Of a stretch of DNA of 64,000 bases, positions 10,906-23,170 are shown in pieces. The position numbers and the translations under genes were made by a program. The stretch is from Camelus ferus. Its lineage: Eukaryota. The stretch's first letter is position 1. Each line of letters starts with the position of its first letter. The notes beneath the pieces were generated by a model. That model searched no databases and had not been told where the DNA came from. It worked only from the letters and a program-made list of their open reading frames with translations. The stretch spans positions 82,958,001 to 83,022,000 of the forward strand of contig NC_045696.1 in assembly GCF_009834535.1 (NCBI RefSeq), read 5' to 3'.

Positions 10906-13900
10906 ATTTGGTACCTGTCTCAGATATTTTCATAAAGAAGTTTCTCATTTTTAACTGCTCCATAGGATATAGAATTTTATTGTATACACTGAGCTGCATC
11001 TTTCTTCCTGTAACTTAGGTGGTTCTTGGGAACCATGCTGAGCAAGGCTAATTCCTCTCCGAGATCACGGTCCATTGCAGATCATGGGGGCGTCTCATCT
11101 CCAAGTCTTCTCTTCTCTACACAAAACATCCATAGTTAATTTAATTGCTCCTGATTTGATTTTCAGACCTCTCCCCTCTTCTGTCATACTTATCTGAATA
11201 TCTTATGATTTGTCAATCCTTTTAGATTAATGAGGTAGAATTAAATGAAATACTTCATATATGATTTGGCAAGCTCAGAACTTGTAGCATAAGGCTGTTG
11301 CTATGCTTTGTAACTGCAGTCAACAAAAATCTTTTTTTCAGAAAAATTTCTGTATTTGAGACTTTTTGTAAAACATAAGTAAGTTTCTAGAAAAAAATAT
11401 GAAAAAACGATTGCTTTGGTTGCGAACACTGTCAACTGGCAACACGAAGATGCACTTTTACAGCATTAGGTTGTCACCAGCTACTCACACCTTAGCTTAT
11501 ATTCTTTCCAGTGGGTCAACTGACATCTCTGTATCAAAATGAGTTGTAAAACATACATTTTTGAGAGAGGGAAGGGGATTCCTGAGCCAGAAACCAGGCA
11601 GCAATTCATAGAAGCTGGGTGGCAACTAAGCGTCTAAGTCCACGAGAACACTGGGTGGATCTGGTGGATTTGGAAGCAAGATCAACATACCTAAAGACAG
11701 TAAGTGAGAGGTGGAGAGTTTTAAAACGCAATTCAGGTATAGGTAGCAGTTGTCTGCTAACAAAGCACTCTCCAAGGCTACTTTGAAATAGCTGCATTCT
11801 TGAAGAGTCTGGATAGAGTAAAGGGTATTCAATTTCTACACTTCTGATCATGAGGCATTGCCCATAACCAGTGAGAATGATAAAAATGTAACAAAAATCT
11901 TTATAATGACAATGATTGGATATAGATCTATTGGTTTTGCAAATGTTGAAATGGGAAATTAAAAACCTATGACCTTCTGTCGGAACATTTACTTAAATAA
12001 CCTTGCAAAAATTGATAATGGGAAATAGACCTGTTGGTCTCTGCAGCCAGGCCTGATGAACTGTTATACCACCCTTAGTATATCAGACTGAGTGATACGT
12101 TAGTATCCGATCCCAGATCCTTATAGAGAGAGGAGAGTCAATGATCAGTTGTTAAATTTTGTTTTCTTTTTTGTGTGTGTGGGAAACTAAGAGGCAAATG
12201 TGAGAAGGCTTTTTCCATAGTTGTAGATGACTTCAGGGGCAGAGCCAGGAATAGATGCTCGTTGTTCATACATACTTCAGTTTCCAGCTACTCCAAGCCC
12301 TGCCAATTGCAGACTGATCTGGTGTGTGCTGGCCATCCATCCGCAGTAAGTGAGCATGGGCCACACTTTCTGCAGCCAGGCGTTAGCATCTGCATCTGGC
12401 AAAGGTGGCTTCTGCCCATAGAAGGGCTGCCAGACCCCGATGGAAACTGAAGAAGACACGGGGCTTCTCACTCTCCTTCTAGGTCAGATATGCTTAGGGG
12501 GAGAAGTGCTTTGTCAAAATAAGAAATCAAAGACTTCTTATACCTTCTCATGCCTGTCTTGGAGACACTCTGGAGCTGAAGGTTTCATTTAGATTTCATA
12601 AGGTTACAATGCTTAATCTCAGTAGGGTTATCAGTTCTGTCATGTATTATAAACCCTCCAATCAAGGCAGTGGGAAACAGTGTTTCTATTTAATACCCGG
12701 AGAAATGGTGGAAGTCAGCGATTGATACCAACACAATGATGGGAAAAAGTGTCCAGAGGTGCTACTCACATAATCTCATTTTACAACATCTTGAAAATTC
12801 AATAGAAAGGACTCCACTAACAATACCATTACACACCACTGATTATTGTTCTCAAATGTTCCTAAAGCTCTAAAAGCATAACCTAACAATAAAAATGCTC
12901 TATAAATACATCCCAACAATGTACGTAACCGTATTTTTTCTCTTACAAACAAAAGCATACGGTGTTAGTCACAAGTTGTATAACTTCACTTAAGTAATTT
13001 CTCAACTAAAAGTGCATTATCCTTTCTTAAACATTATATAAATATAAATAAATGAGCTATTCTTTGACATTTGAAAGTACTTCCAAAAATTTAGAAAAGA
13101 TGGGAAATATTAAACCTTGGGTTAACTGCCTACTTAATATGTGACCTTTATTGCGAGATACATTTTGTTTATCACGAGCTCTATGTTATTTGCAAAGATA
13201 TTTGGAGAAAAAAAAGCACAATTTCCTTGCAAAAAGTGTAAAACCATATGTTTTCAAAGTTCCCGCTTCAAATGTTTCAGTAATTCTTGGTTTTATCTTT
13301 TGCCGTTAAGACTTTTTTGAATAAATATATTTTTCAAATGGGTTAAAATTGTAGGAAGTTACTGCTATATCCTGTCTAAGAACAAACAAACAGCTGAGAG
13401 TCATACATGCAAAATATGTTCCAGTTCTTGAAAAAAGATTTCAAACTAGTTTAGAAAAGTGTATTTTGTGTTTCCTGTTTGTGCTCACACCATGGAACAG
13501 GGAGAGAGTACCCACCAGTCGATATTACTGAGAAAAAAAAGGTCAATTATTTCCCTAAGAATATTATACTATTTCATTCTGTAATGGAAAGACCTAAAAA
13601 ATAACTTTTTACCAATAAATATTTTTGACTCAGTAACACTAAAATATCTAACAATGTTAATTTTTTAGTTTAACAAGTTTCAATTTAAATTATTTTAATA
13701 CTACTGACAACACTGAACTATAAAGTTAAGAATTTTCTTAAGGTGATTTTCCAAACCATGGGAGAAGTCTGTGTCCTTTTAAAAAATTCATATGTACATC
13801 AACACTCATTTTCAGAGTGTCGTGTGGAGTTCCTTAAAATTTGTCAACTTAAAAATATAATGCAAATTAAAATTTAATAGCAATTTTAAAATGAAATCTA

Positions 13901-16900
13901 CCTATTTTGCTTTTAATAATGTTCTAAAATATTTTCTATTATTACATTGTATTAATTTCTGACATCGAGAAATCTGGTGTGTTATTGAAATGTGTGTCTA
14001 GAATATTTTTTCATAGCTCGACTGTCAAGACAAATTTCCAAAACCTAGTTTCTACTGAGTCTGCAATACTACCACCTTACAATTCTTTAGGAAATGCTTA
14101 TTTTAGGTTCTATTCTTAGATGGTAATTTTATGTATTCAGTCAGATTTGTTTACAGTTTTTATAAACAACATTTATTGGAGAATGCAAGAAGCACCAGAA
14201 GAGAAAGTTTTTAACTCTCTCAAACATAGTAAAATGATCAAACGTTTGGAATAGAAGCAAATTGTAAAAATGTGTCTTAACTGAGACACTTTGCCTTAAG
14301 GAACCAAGCCCTTGTGTTTGATGATTCTTCCATAAACCTGAGTTTATTTTTAAAAATCGATCTTTTTAATGTAAGAAAGTTGATGGAGAAAGAATTCCAC
14401 TTACGAGTTTTTCCACTAGACACTATAAAACTCCATCACAGCACCTTGCATTTTTGGCATCTGCAGTTGAACCCCACAGTTGAGTGTTGCCAGATCTTAT
14501 TTTGAGAAATGGTGTTCCGTCTCTAGGATGCAAATTACCTGGATGAAAATTCAAATCAAAGAGAAAATTCTGCTTGGTCCTAGCTGCTCCATTTGAATTG
14601 AATAGTGAGAAGGCCGAAACTTCAATGGCATATGAAGAAAAGTAAGGGGAAAAAGGAATAGGCTAGAGGACAAAGAGAAAGCAAAGAAAGCTAGTTTTGA
14701 TTTGGAAAGACAGATCCCATTCCAGGCTTCTTAGCACCGTTTCACCCAAGTGGTGTTGCCTTTCCCCCAAATCCAGGGGCAGTTGTTCTACAGGGTAGCC
14801 TGTGCATGTTCACCCTTGTTGGAAATATTTACATTAGCTGATTAATTTTTTAATTTTTTCTTTAGACAGCAAGTGATGTTTTAATGCCTTTTTCTTTGCT
14901 GAAGAAATTAAGACTGCTACATATTAATAAAGAATAGGTGTTTGGATATTTGTTTAAAAGATACCAGAATCAAACTTTGATTAACTTGAAAAATGTGGGT
15001 AGGAAAACTTTTTAGAGAGCTCGATCATCATTGATGAGTCATAATTTGATAAAAGCTGGTGACTTTTCTGTTTCCTGACACAATTCTTATAATGCAAAAT
15101 TATTCTTTTCTGTTTTCCATTTTATTTGTAGATTCTGTACCTACCTAAACTCTCATTTTACATTGGTTTACATTAAAACTCTAATGAACAATGTATTCAC
15201 TTTACTGAACAACAGAGTCAATCTGGAAAGTAAAAGCATTCATGGAGAACTCTTTTTACATAAATAAGGGGCTGATTTGGAATTCAGTTTTATATATGCT
15301 TTATCTTTCTAAAGACAACAGTTCAAAAGTAGCATTAAAATCAGCAGGAGAAGAGAAGAGTTACAAACTAAGGAATTCTAAATAATTCATGGATGTGCAT
15401 GGAAATAATGTTTCAAAACTGAAGTCAGAAGCAGCTGCTGGGGGAAAATGTTTTTTTTTTAAAGTCACAGTCAACAAGAGTCATATTATTTCAGGTTAGC
15501 TCACACCATTGTGTGCATTTACAATGCAACATTTGTATGCCTCCATTGGTTTGGGAAAGAAAATTTAGAAGACTTAAAACACACAAACAGCAAATATAAA
15601 GAATCCTTTCTAGTTCTCGCAGACAGTATGACTCAGTAGTAAGACATCGTTCTGCTTGCAGAATCTACTCTAAAACGTGATTCTATACTTTTCAAAGTAA
15701 ATCCAAACCCCGAGTCTTAGGCCAGAGAGTTCCTTATTCACAAAATAAGTACAGAAATAAGACAAGTTATTGTCTTCTGATCTTTCCCTTTGTTTGTTTC
15801 TCAGGTGCCCCTTACTCTGACATAGGTTTAGGATGAAGTTCACTGCAGACACCTGAGACTAAGTGAAAAACCACTCATTACCCAGGTGGGTCATTCACAA
15901 TTCTAAAATTGAACAATGAGGTAGAGGCAAGTTACTTATTATTCATAGTCTCTAGGTTAGAAGTGTGAATGTAGTAACGGAAAAAAGAAAGGAGTCAAAA
16001 CTAAGGGTGAATATTCAAGCACAACAGCATATTCTTCAAGACCTCATTTGGAAAGGCGATAACTGATAATTATTTAAGTGGCACCAGTCTTCTTCAGTAT
16101 ATTTAAAAGGGTTTTACTCCATCCTCCTTTTCACAGTAAAAACTGTTGTTCTAGCTCCCTGGACTGACATTAAGATAATACTTATACGTATGTTTATTGG
16201 ACTTGAGCATTAGATAAATCTAAATTACCCTAACATCTCAAATAAAATAATGTATCATAATTAGCTAAATGCTTTATGGAAATAACTCAGTAATACCATA
16301 GAATAAACAATACATTCTGGAAAGTAACTTTTAGTTAATATTTTAAGGTTATTTATATTAAATATTTTTCTTGAGTGATGTAATTAATTGGGGGGGGGGA
16401 AGCAAGCACTGTTCATCTTTAACATTCAGGAAAGAGCTAGATTATCTCAGGTAATTCAATAAAAATTTCCAAATTTGTAAGTCAGTCTCTCTTCCTACCA
16501 AAGTATATGTTTGACCCTTTTAAACCATGAGGTTGTAAACAGTGTATTTTGAGGTTTTTTTTTTAAGTACTGAACAGACTAAAATAATATTGTTGAATGC
16601 TAAATGAAATTATTATATTTTAAGTATTATTTCTAATCAAGGTTTAGAGTTCTTAATCCATATCACTAGTTAATAAGTTAATACTCAAATATTAGTCTTA
16701 TTTTAGCCTGGATCTATGTATGTGAAGTATTTAAGTCAGAATGAACTCTTTAAATGCACACCTCAAGTTGCAAGTTTCTTTCCTTTCCTTTTAATGATCA
16801 AATATATTGTTTCCTGCTTTACTTATTATTAGTTCTGATACCCCCAAAACCCCTCTGGTCAGTGGATTCAAATCAAAGCCAAACATTTCATCTGATCTGA

Positions 16901-19269
16901 TCTCCATTAATCCAGGGAAGATTAATCCTGTAAACAACACCAACCGTCTCAGCCCCCTCAAGCTGTAGTTCACAAACAAAAGCCGAAATATACCACGTGA
17001 CTTGGCGGTAGCAGCATGATGACTTGGAGGGATGTTGCTTGATCCCAACTCCATTAAGTGCTTCACACTTCCATTTTGACCATCTTGTTATTGACTTTTC
17101 TGCATCCGTTAGCCTATTTGGATGATGTGGGGGTTTTTTGTTTTTTGTTTTCAATTTTTCTTTTCACCATGTCCAGATTCTCTGATCTTCCGATCTTCCG
17201 TGTTTTTCAGTCCTGGAGACGTTCGCTCAGCTCTCTCTTTGGCAGTTTATTGAGAAAATGTGACATAAATGGGATCTAGAGATGCTGTTTCTCGTATGTT
17301 TACTCTCATATGAGAAAACTCACTGCCATTTGCATATAGGTCAGGAAGAGCAAGGAGGTTTCCCCTCCTTAACTAGCTTTCATGTCTCAGCAGTAGCTAC
17401 CTGGTGCCTTCTGCGAGAAGGTCTCAGTCAGGCTCGAAGAGGAAGTATGCTGTGATTGAGGTGGAGATGTCAACTTTTGTCTGCAAAAGTGAAAAGTCTG
17501 CCATCCAGATATAGGGGCAAAGATCACAAACGATCAGCCACACTTTACCAAAAAATTCAAAAATGATTGAGTTATTTATATGCTAATTTCAGCTTATCTC
17601 TGGCTTGGTCTGAGAAAAAGAAATATGTAAAAATAGACAACCTAAAAATACATATATATATAGAGAGAAAATGAATGTTGCCTTTCCTATTAGCACTTTA
17701 ATGAAAATTGGTTGACAACTGGTGATGGCTTTAGCTTGGACTCAGCTCTCAGCAGTGAGCTTGCAGTTTCTATAGACAGAAGAGCGGAGGTGGGGGGTAG
17801 GGTTACATACAAAAAAAAAAAAGAGTTACTCAGTCAAACATTTGGCTTCAAAAAGAATTATCTATTGGCTGAAAACAAATGTGAAAGCGTTTCAAGGAAA
17901 CATCTAAATATTCTAAAAGCTAATTATGACTGGGCACTCTTCTGGGAAATTGAAGACTTTTTCAACTTTAATTTTCTGTCTGGTTAAGTTCAAATGGGGA
18001 AACTATCAATTGTCTCAGTCTCAGAAGTAGACTTACCTACTTTTTTCCCCTAAGGTAAGTCGTAAGAAATAATTCAAATATTGTGATTAGATTTAATGGT
18101 CTGACTGGCCTTGAACTGCTGCATTTCTTTTTCTTTGGAGGTGTAGTCCCAATAGGTTTATTATTATTGTTATTGTTACTATTTCTATTTTTTACTTGTG
18201 TTCATGAAGCAAAGAAGAGGCAGGTCCTTTTTCCCATAAAGAAAGATGTAAATTTTGAATTATGTCTTTATAAATTCTCTCCCAAGCATTCAGTCACCAT
18301 TTCTCACCAATAGCATATGTGCAGCCCACAAATGTGTCTGATTATTGGGCATCAATTTCACCCTTACCAAATAAAGTAGTATGACTTTATTATTTACATG
18401 ATTCTTAAAATATGCAGGCCACTGACCACACAAATAAACATGTGCCTTTGGATCAGTAGAAGGCCTGGTGTTTATGAACAGGGTTCTTTGTATTTTTAAC
18501 AATATCTGGCACATTTAACCAAAACGCTTTACTGAAACATGGAGCCTGGATAATTGTGTGTTTTGTGATCTATGCTGGGCAGGGGCCCCAACCTCTGCTC
18601 TTTAGGCAGACAGGAGTACAAAAATCTGTTATTGCAGTTTGACATTTTCTTTGCCTGATTAGGTCAGTTGGTAAATCTCCACTTTGCAGTTCTTCGAAGC
18701 CCAGATTTCCTGTTACAAAGCAATGTGGTTCTGATTATAGCCTTATTGAAGTCCAGACAGAGCATCTACATTCTGCTAACAGTTCTCCTTCTCATTTTCC
18801 ATGTTAATGTGAGCAGCTTACTGACCCTACCTTCCTCTTCTCTGCCTGCAATGGCTGGGGAGATGGAGAATCCAAGGGGTCGTAGTGGGGTGGGGGGAAG
18901 GCAAGAGTAAGTATTATCCACATGACCAGTTCCGGTACAAGGCTCTTAAGTTGGAGAAGAGAATCATAATGAATTGAACTCAAAGAGAAAGCGTTTCTCT
19001 GGTGTAGAGCTGTGGTTTATCTGGTTTGTGCTTTAATTCTGACTGTTGCCAAGTTCATTTGATGCGACAATTATCACTATCTTTCCAAGGAACTTTGCCA
19101 AAGGTTTCTAAATGTAGCATAAAACCCCCCAGTCCTACCCAACATCACATGCTGAATCTGGTCTCTGGCACTGTTTTTGCTCACCTGACTTACGTAGCTT
19201 CTTATATAAACTCATGTAAGCGTCTTACATAAGCTTACGTAAGCCTATAAGTTCACTTACAGAGCTTCC

Positions 19270-19910
19270 TAACTCCCCTCCTTCCTTTCATTCTTGCTCT
19301 CCCACAATCCATCCTCACAGAGGAGCCTGAATTTTCTCTAAAAAAGGAATGGAAAGAAGATCTTTTCTTTTTCCTGCTAGAATCCTCCAGTGACTTTTCA
19401 TTGCATGCTGATCAGCATCCAAACTCCTTTTGGTGACATCAAAAACCTGACATAATCTAGGCTCACTAGATTCCCTGACCTCCGTTCCTACCACTTTCCC
19501 CTTTGCTCACTGTATTTTATACCTGATGGCTTTCTTCCTGGCTCTGCCTTGAAAACCTTCAGCTGGCTGTTCCCTCTTTTTCTGCCTCATCGCACTACTG
19601 TGACTTCTCAGTCACCCTTTGGATCTCAGCTGACCCATCATGCCACCAACTCAAACAACTCTTCCCTGGACCACCTTATCTAAAGAATCCTTTGGCGGTT
19701 TCTCCTTCAACGACCTAATTTTATTTCCTTCTCAGCACTCATTACTCTCTAATATTGTCAGTTACTTCATTGGCTTACTTGTTTATTTTTTATCTTCCTG
19801 TACAGGAACGTGTGCTACCTGACGAAGGAAGGGGACGTTATCTTATTCTTAGTGAGCCATTGCCTGGCCTGCTAGAGCCTCTTGGTACATTTTTGTTGGA
19901 TGGATAGATG
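19270..19910 (+). mobile_element. LINE-2 fragment
   Basis: ctcccacaatccatcctcacagaggagcctgaa...aatcctccagtgacttttcattgca...tccaaactcctt...tttttgttggatggatagatg: sense L2 3' region. Confidence 0.8.
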
Positions 19911-20105
19911 AAAAACCAAATCTTTGAATTTACTTAAGTCCACTAGCCAGAAAAATAGCTCAGAACTGGTCTTAATCTACTACAATGAACTCAGGGCCGA
20001 TTAATTTTCATTCCCTTGTTTCTACAGTTACCTTAATTCTTGCCAGAGCCCGACATTCATTAAGTTTCTGTTACCCGACATACATTTAGTTTCTATTAGT
20101 GCCGA

Positions 20106-20109
<4 letters not shown>

Positions 20110-20149
<40 letters not shown>
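20110..20149. repeat. (GA)20 microsatellite
   Basis: Directly visible. Confidence 0.98.
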
Positions 20150-20151
<2 letters not shown>

Positions 20152-20293
20152 CCAACACACGCTAGGTCCTTCGTGAATGTTAGTGGAATTGGAATCTGAT
20201 ATTTTATTTTAACTAGGTTAAGCAACCTCATACTTGCCGTATAACTTATTAGCTCTACTAAAAAAGCCAAGTTTCCCCCCAAATTAGTGATAT

Positions 20294-20580
20294 CACTTCC
20301 GCTGTTTTAATGTCAGCAAGGTACATCGCCACAGTTTCTGAAACGCGAAAGCTAAGCAAGTTGAGGAATAAAAATAATAGTTGGAGTTTTTCTGGGAACA
20401 TTTTTCAAAGAGGTTTTATATATTACCGTATCTGCTCACATAGAATTTCTTTAAGGAAGTGTTCCTACATCCCCTTTTTCAGACAAGATTAATGTTAGGT
20501 GACTCACCCAAGCCCAGCGAGCCCGTAGAAAAGGAAGTACTGGTGCTTCTAATCCCCTGCCCCACCCTCCGCCCCGCCCG
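20294..20580. promoter_or_regulatory. Promoter/enhancer-like motif cluster
   Basis: ETS CACTTCCG 20294-20301; GAS/STAT TTCTGGGAA 20390-20398; AGGAAGT 20454 and 20532; AP-1 TGACTCA 20500-20506; KLF CCCCACCC 20560-20567; tandem Sp1 GC boxes CCGCCCCGCCC 20569-20579. CpGs are locally retained in a CpG-poor window. Confidence 0.6.
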
Positions 20581-22344
20581 CTTCATCTCCCCTGCCTCTG
20601 CCTTCCTGCCCGTTTGCTGTTTGAATGTCTTTGTTTCATTCCTTCTGGATTTTTTTTTAAAGTTCAAACTTATTTTCTGGTTTTCAGCATATTGTTTAAA
20701 AGCATGCACTAACAAAAGGCCTCGGAATGGCAAGAGAGTGGTGTTTGGGGACCAGGAAAGAAAGGGGGTGGGGAGAGACGGTGGTAAGAATCAGCAGATC
20801 CTCTGAAGTTCAAGGAACCTCTTTACCAGAGAGGGCAAAGGTCAGGGCATGCTGAAGTAATTCCTTTTCAAAGGCAGCCAGAAGGAGGACTGGAAATGAC
20901 TAGTGCATTTACCCGTCACCGAGGGCGCTGCTCTCTGCCTTGTGTGGTCCAGACTTCAACGTCCCACTTCTGGGCCATCACAGATGAGGATATTCAAAAG
21001 CGCTGGCTATCGAACACAATTTGATTGGCAGCTAAAGACATTTTCAGATGTGATGGATAAAACAGAGGCATTTACTTCCTTTTCTGTGTTCACATCACCA
21101 GGACACAATTTTTACATTTTTCTAGGAAGGATAAAATATGTTTTTAAGGGGAGTGGAGTTGTAACTGTCCAATGAGGGTGGCAAAAACGCCTGTTCAGAT
21201 TTCATAAACGGGGAACCATAAAGTACAAGTGGGCAGTTATTTCAAGGTGATACAAGCCATCCGTGGTCAGCTGGGGCAGGGGTTCCGAACTGGCCCACGG
21301 GGCTGCTTTGCCTTGCTCCCACCCCCACAGCCCAGCTCGCAGTTTCCGCAGGGAGAAAATCACAAAACTTTGAAATATTGCTTTTCAAAGGCATCTCATA
21401 TACTTTTTTCTTGCTTACTTTCTTTTTTTTTTTTTTCTCTCCCATCTAGAAGGATTCAGTGGTAGGAGGAAAATGGGCCTCAAAAGGCTGAGGAAATGCT
21501 ATGAAGAAAAAAGTGAGCAACTGGGAAAAAGGGCCTCTTTCATGTTAAAAAAAAAAAAAACCCTGCAAAGTTGTGGGGTCCATAGAGTGCAAGGGTTACC
21601 CTCCTACCTCCTCTACATCATTCATCCTTTCACGGGCAACGTACTGAGCCTGTTTGCCATCTCACATTGAGGCTAATATTTATCTCGTAGTTTGTTTTGA
21701 GGTCTAATCTAGTACTAGGTTTATCCAAGATATTCACTAGCCGATCATTTTAGAAGTCATATAATCTGAACTGGGTTGAAAATGCAGAATGGCCGAGTAG
21801 CTTATAGGAGGAAACAGTATCCCTTTCTGAGTCTGCAGTCGCTGAGAAGGTAGCATCGTGGGAGAGAGCTTCAGCTACACAAATGCCACATTCAGTAAAA
21901 GCCCTTTCAAAAGATACATTTCACTACATTAATGGTAGGTTTAATATGGGCCTGAAAATCAATGAGAATATGATCATATAGAACATCTAGAAAAAATGAA
22001 ATAGGTTGGATGTCAGGTCACTGGCTTATTCTTGGGTAAAAGGGGTGGGGAGGATTTATTTTCCTCTTAAGAAGCAATCACATTTACATTATGAAGAAAA
22101 TCAACCTTCTGAATATTTGTTTGGCTGTTTAATTTTCATCTAGCTGTATTCGCAACATATAGACACAAGCTGCAGACTGCCTGGTAGCTCGATGTTATGT
22201 ATTTTTCTTTCATATTACTCTATTCAGAAAATGTTGATAACCACAGATCATAATTTTTGACTGGTGTCTTCACAGCAAACTTACTATAGGAAGATTGAAC
22301 TTCAAACTTCTTACAAATTCACCAAACCAACTTTAAAGGTTTTC

Positions 22345-23170
22345 TAAGAATTTTTTTCTCAATATAGAAGCAGCTTTTTGTGTGTTTACAATTTTATAAG
22401 TAACTTGTACAATTGATGAAAAACAACAAACGAAAACAACAGTAGACTCTAAAGTTCTACAGAAGAAAGCAAAAGTCATCTGTGAGTCCATTACCCACAG
22501 ATAACTGTTATTCGGTATATATAATCCAGACATTTTTCCAGGTAGTCATTCACAGTTTCTCCCTACATGAAATCATACTTTCCTGTTTTCAATCTTATTT
22601 TAACTTAAAATACACCAATGGCTTTCAATGTCAATAAATATATATTTGTAGTATTTTTAGTGATTTGCATAAGAGTTCATTTGTCTGGCTATGCTCTATT
22701 TAACCAATTCTCCTTTTGAGACAGTTTAAGTTTTTATTTTTCCAATTCTTTTTACTATTAAAACCTGTACTTGTCTGATTGTTTCTGTGGGATTAATTCC
22801 TAACAATGAAGTTGCTAGGTCAAAGAAAATTTCACATTTTAAAAGTTTTTGATCTGTATTTCCAAACTGCCCTCAGGAAAGTTGTCCCAACATATGCCCC
22901 AGTGTTTGAGTGGCTGGCTGTTCTCTCTCATTAACACTGGACATTAGAATTCTTTTAAATCTGTGCTTATCTAGCAATATAAAAGTATCCCACTTTAATT
23001 TGCATTCCTTTTTCTACTGCTAAGCATGAACACTTTTCTCATCTGTTTGTTGACAAGCTAAGATTCTACTTTTGTGAATTGTCTGTTTATATCCTTTGTC
23101 TACTCTTCTACTGGTCATTAATCTTTTTTTTTTTTCAGACTGATTCTTAACAGCGCCTCCTATATTGGGA
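22345..23170 (-). mobile_element. Old L1 (L1ME-type) 3' end
   Basis: cattacccacagataactgtt, tatttaaccaattctcc, gttgctaggtcaaag, tccaaactgccctcaggaaagttg, tttaatttgcattcc: antisense L1ME 3' region. Confidence 0.8.

Larger units (their letters stand above)
17246..20500 (-). ncRNA. Candidate spliced minus-strand transcript (lncRNA or small-ORF mRNA): exon 1 from about 20500 to 20032, exon 2 from 17480 downward
   Basis: Promoter-like motif cluster at 20294-20580. Minus-strand donor AAG|GTAACT (exon end 20032). Minus-strand acceptor cttttcacttttgcAG| (exon start 17480). AATAAA on the minus strand at 17251-17246. No expression evidence; TSS and 3' end are guesses. Confidence 0.3.

Noticed and set aside
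11019..11138. Plus-strand acceptor (cttcctgtaacttAG) continuing the open frame of the 3835-3930 exon candidate
   Set aside because: No convincing GT donor nearby and no recognisable peptide.
14721..14760. miR-29-like start (tagcacc)
   Set aside because: Similarity stops after 7 nt and there is no convincing pre-miRNA hairpin. Partial resemblances to let-7, miR-101 and miR-181 elsewhere were likewise incomplete, so no miRNA is called.
17649..17662. TATA box for a transcript near 17.6 kb
   Set aside because: A short (TA)n/(GA)n microsatellite-like run with no orientation or supporting initiator.
20912..20930. CTCF-like motif tcaccgagggcgctg (similar cases at about 27256-27272, 51756-51768 and 59472-59484)
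   Set aside because: Each is short by one or more bases or misaligned relative to the CCASYAGRKGGCRS core.
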